NCBI GenBank assembly: GCA_963742935.1
Contig: CAVUOI010000050.1
Coordinates: forward strand, 58,710-122,709
DNA: 64,000 nt
DNA from: an uncultured Alphaproteobacteria bacterium
GTDB taxonomy: Bacteria > Pseudomonadota > Alphaproteobacteria > Rhizobiales > Xanthobacteraceae
Direction of reading: 5' to 3'
Below, one piece after another: positions 63,543-64,000 of this stretch (the first letter of the stretch is position 1; every line of letters starts with the position of its first letter). The position numbers were made by a program, and so were the translations under genes. The notes under the pieces were generated by a model, which was not told where the DNA came from, searched no databases, and saw nothing but the letters and a program-made list of their open reading frames with translations.

Positions 63543-64000
63543 GTGATCCCTTCCCGCGCCACAGCCTTGCGATCGACCGCACTGGCGACAAGCCTGGCGC
63601 TGGCCGTTGGACTGGCGTTTCCATCGGGCGCCTGGGCCGCGCCAAAAGTTCCCCTGCCGAAACCGCGGCCGATCGCGCGCAACGTCGTTCCAAAACCTGC
63701 GGCGCAGGCTGCCGCGCCTGCCGGGGCCCATACGACGACCGCAGCGCCAACCGCCCCTGCTCCCGCACCGCCGGTTCTCGCGCCGGCGACGCGCCAGCAT
63801 GCTGCCTTGCCGCCGCCGCGCAAGCCAGTGACGCCGGCCGCGGTGGCCGCCACCAGTTCGACGTCGCAGGCCGACAAGGACGCCCTGGAAAACGTCATCG
63901 AGCTGGTGCGCAAGCAGAAGTCTGCAGACGCCACGCAGGCGCAGGCCGCGATCTCAGATCCGGTCGCGCGCAAGCTCGCCGAATGGCTGATCCTGCGCAG
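63543..64000 (+). CDS. 5' part of a secreted protein, probably a soluble lytic transglycosylase (truncated by window end)
   Basis: GTG start after GAGGA, signal peptide, VPLPKPRP Pro/Ala-rich linker, DPVARKLAEWLILR; divergent from dapA as in Rhizobiales. Confidence 0.65.
   Translation, partial: MIPSRATALRSTALATSLALAVGLAFPSGAWAAPKVPLPKPRPIARNVVPKPAAQAAAPAGAHTTTAAPTAPAPAPPVLAPATRQHAALPPPRKPVTPAAVAATSSTSQADKDALENVIELVRKQKSADATQAQAAISDPVARKLAEWLILR

Overview
High-GC alphaproteobacterial chromosome segment, Bradyrhizobium-like by gene order and repeat families. The core backbone (hppA, csp, thiL-nusB-ribH-ribE-ribD-nrdR-glyA, ldtR, hemB, RDD, arginyltransferase, mntH, parC, recO-era-rnc-lepB-acpS-pdxJ-rsh-rpoZ, NYN, UDG, smpB-mscL-dapA, slt) is interleaved with accessory cassettes: a sugar ABC transporter, an IclR catabolic cluster, a metal/MFS efflux cluster, an acyltransferase and a GlxA/DJ-1/SBP module. 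REP-like palindromic repeats are common. About 11 single-base frameshifts, several in housekeeping genes, suggest uncorrected assembly indels. The headline observation is at 31064-34664. There a PspA/IM30 (ESCRT-III-like) gene carries an in-frame ~160-aa N-terminal domain that by eye aligns to the WED/REC lobe of IS200/IS605 TnpB (Cas12f-like) proteins but lacks RuvC entirely. It has an internal RBS/ATG that could make PspA alone and a perfect 9-5-9 palindrome over a probably leaderless promoter, and it heads a YqiJ-like/flotillin operon. This is a candidate domesticated TnpB-derived regulator of a membrane-stress system. A second notable structure is a three-gene cassette that appears inserted inside a GTAG-family REP doublet (57516-60785). 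All family assignments are by eye; no database searches were run.
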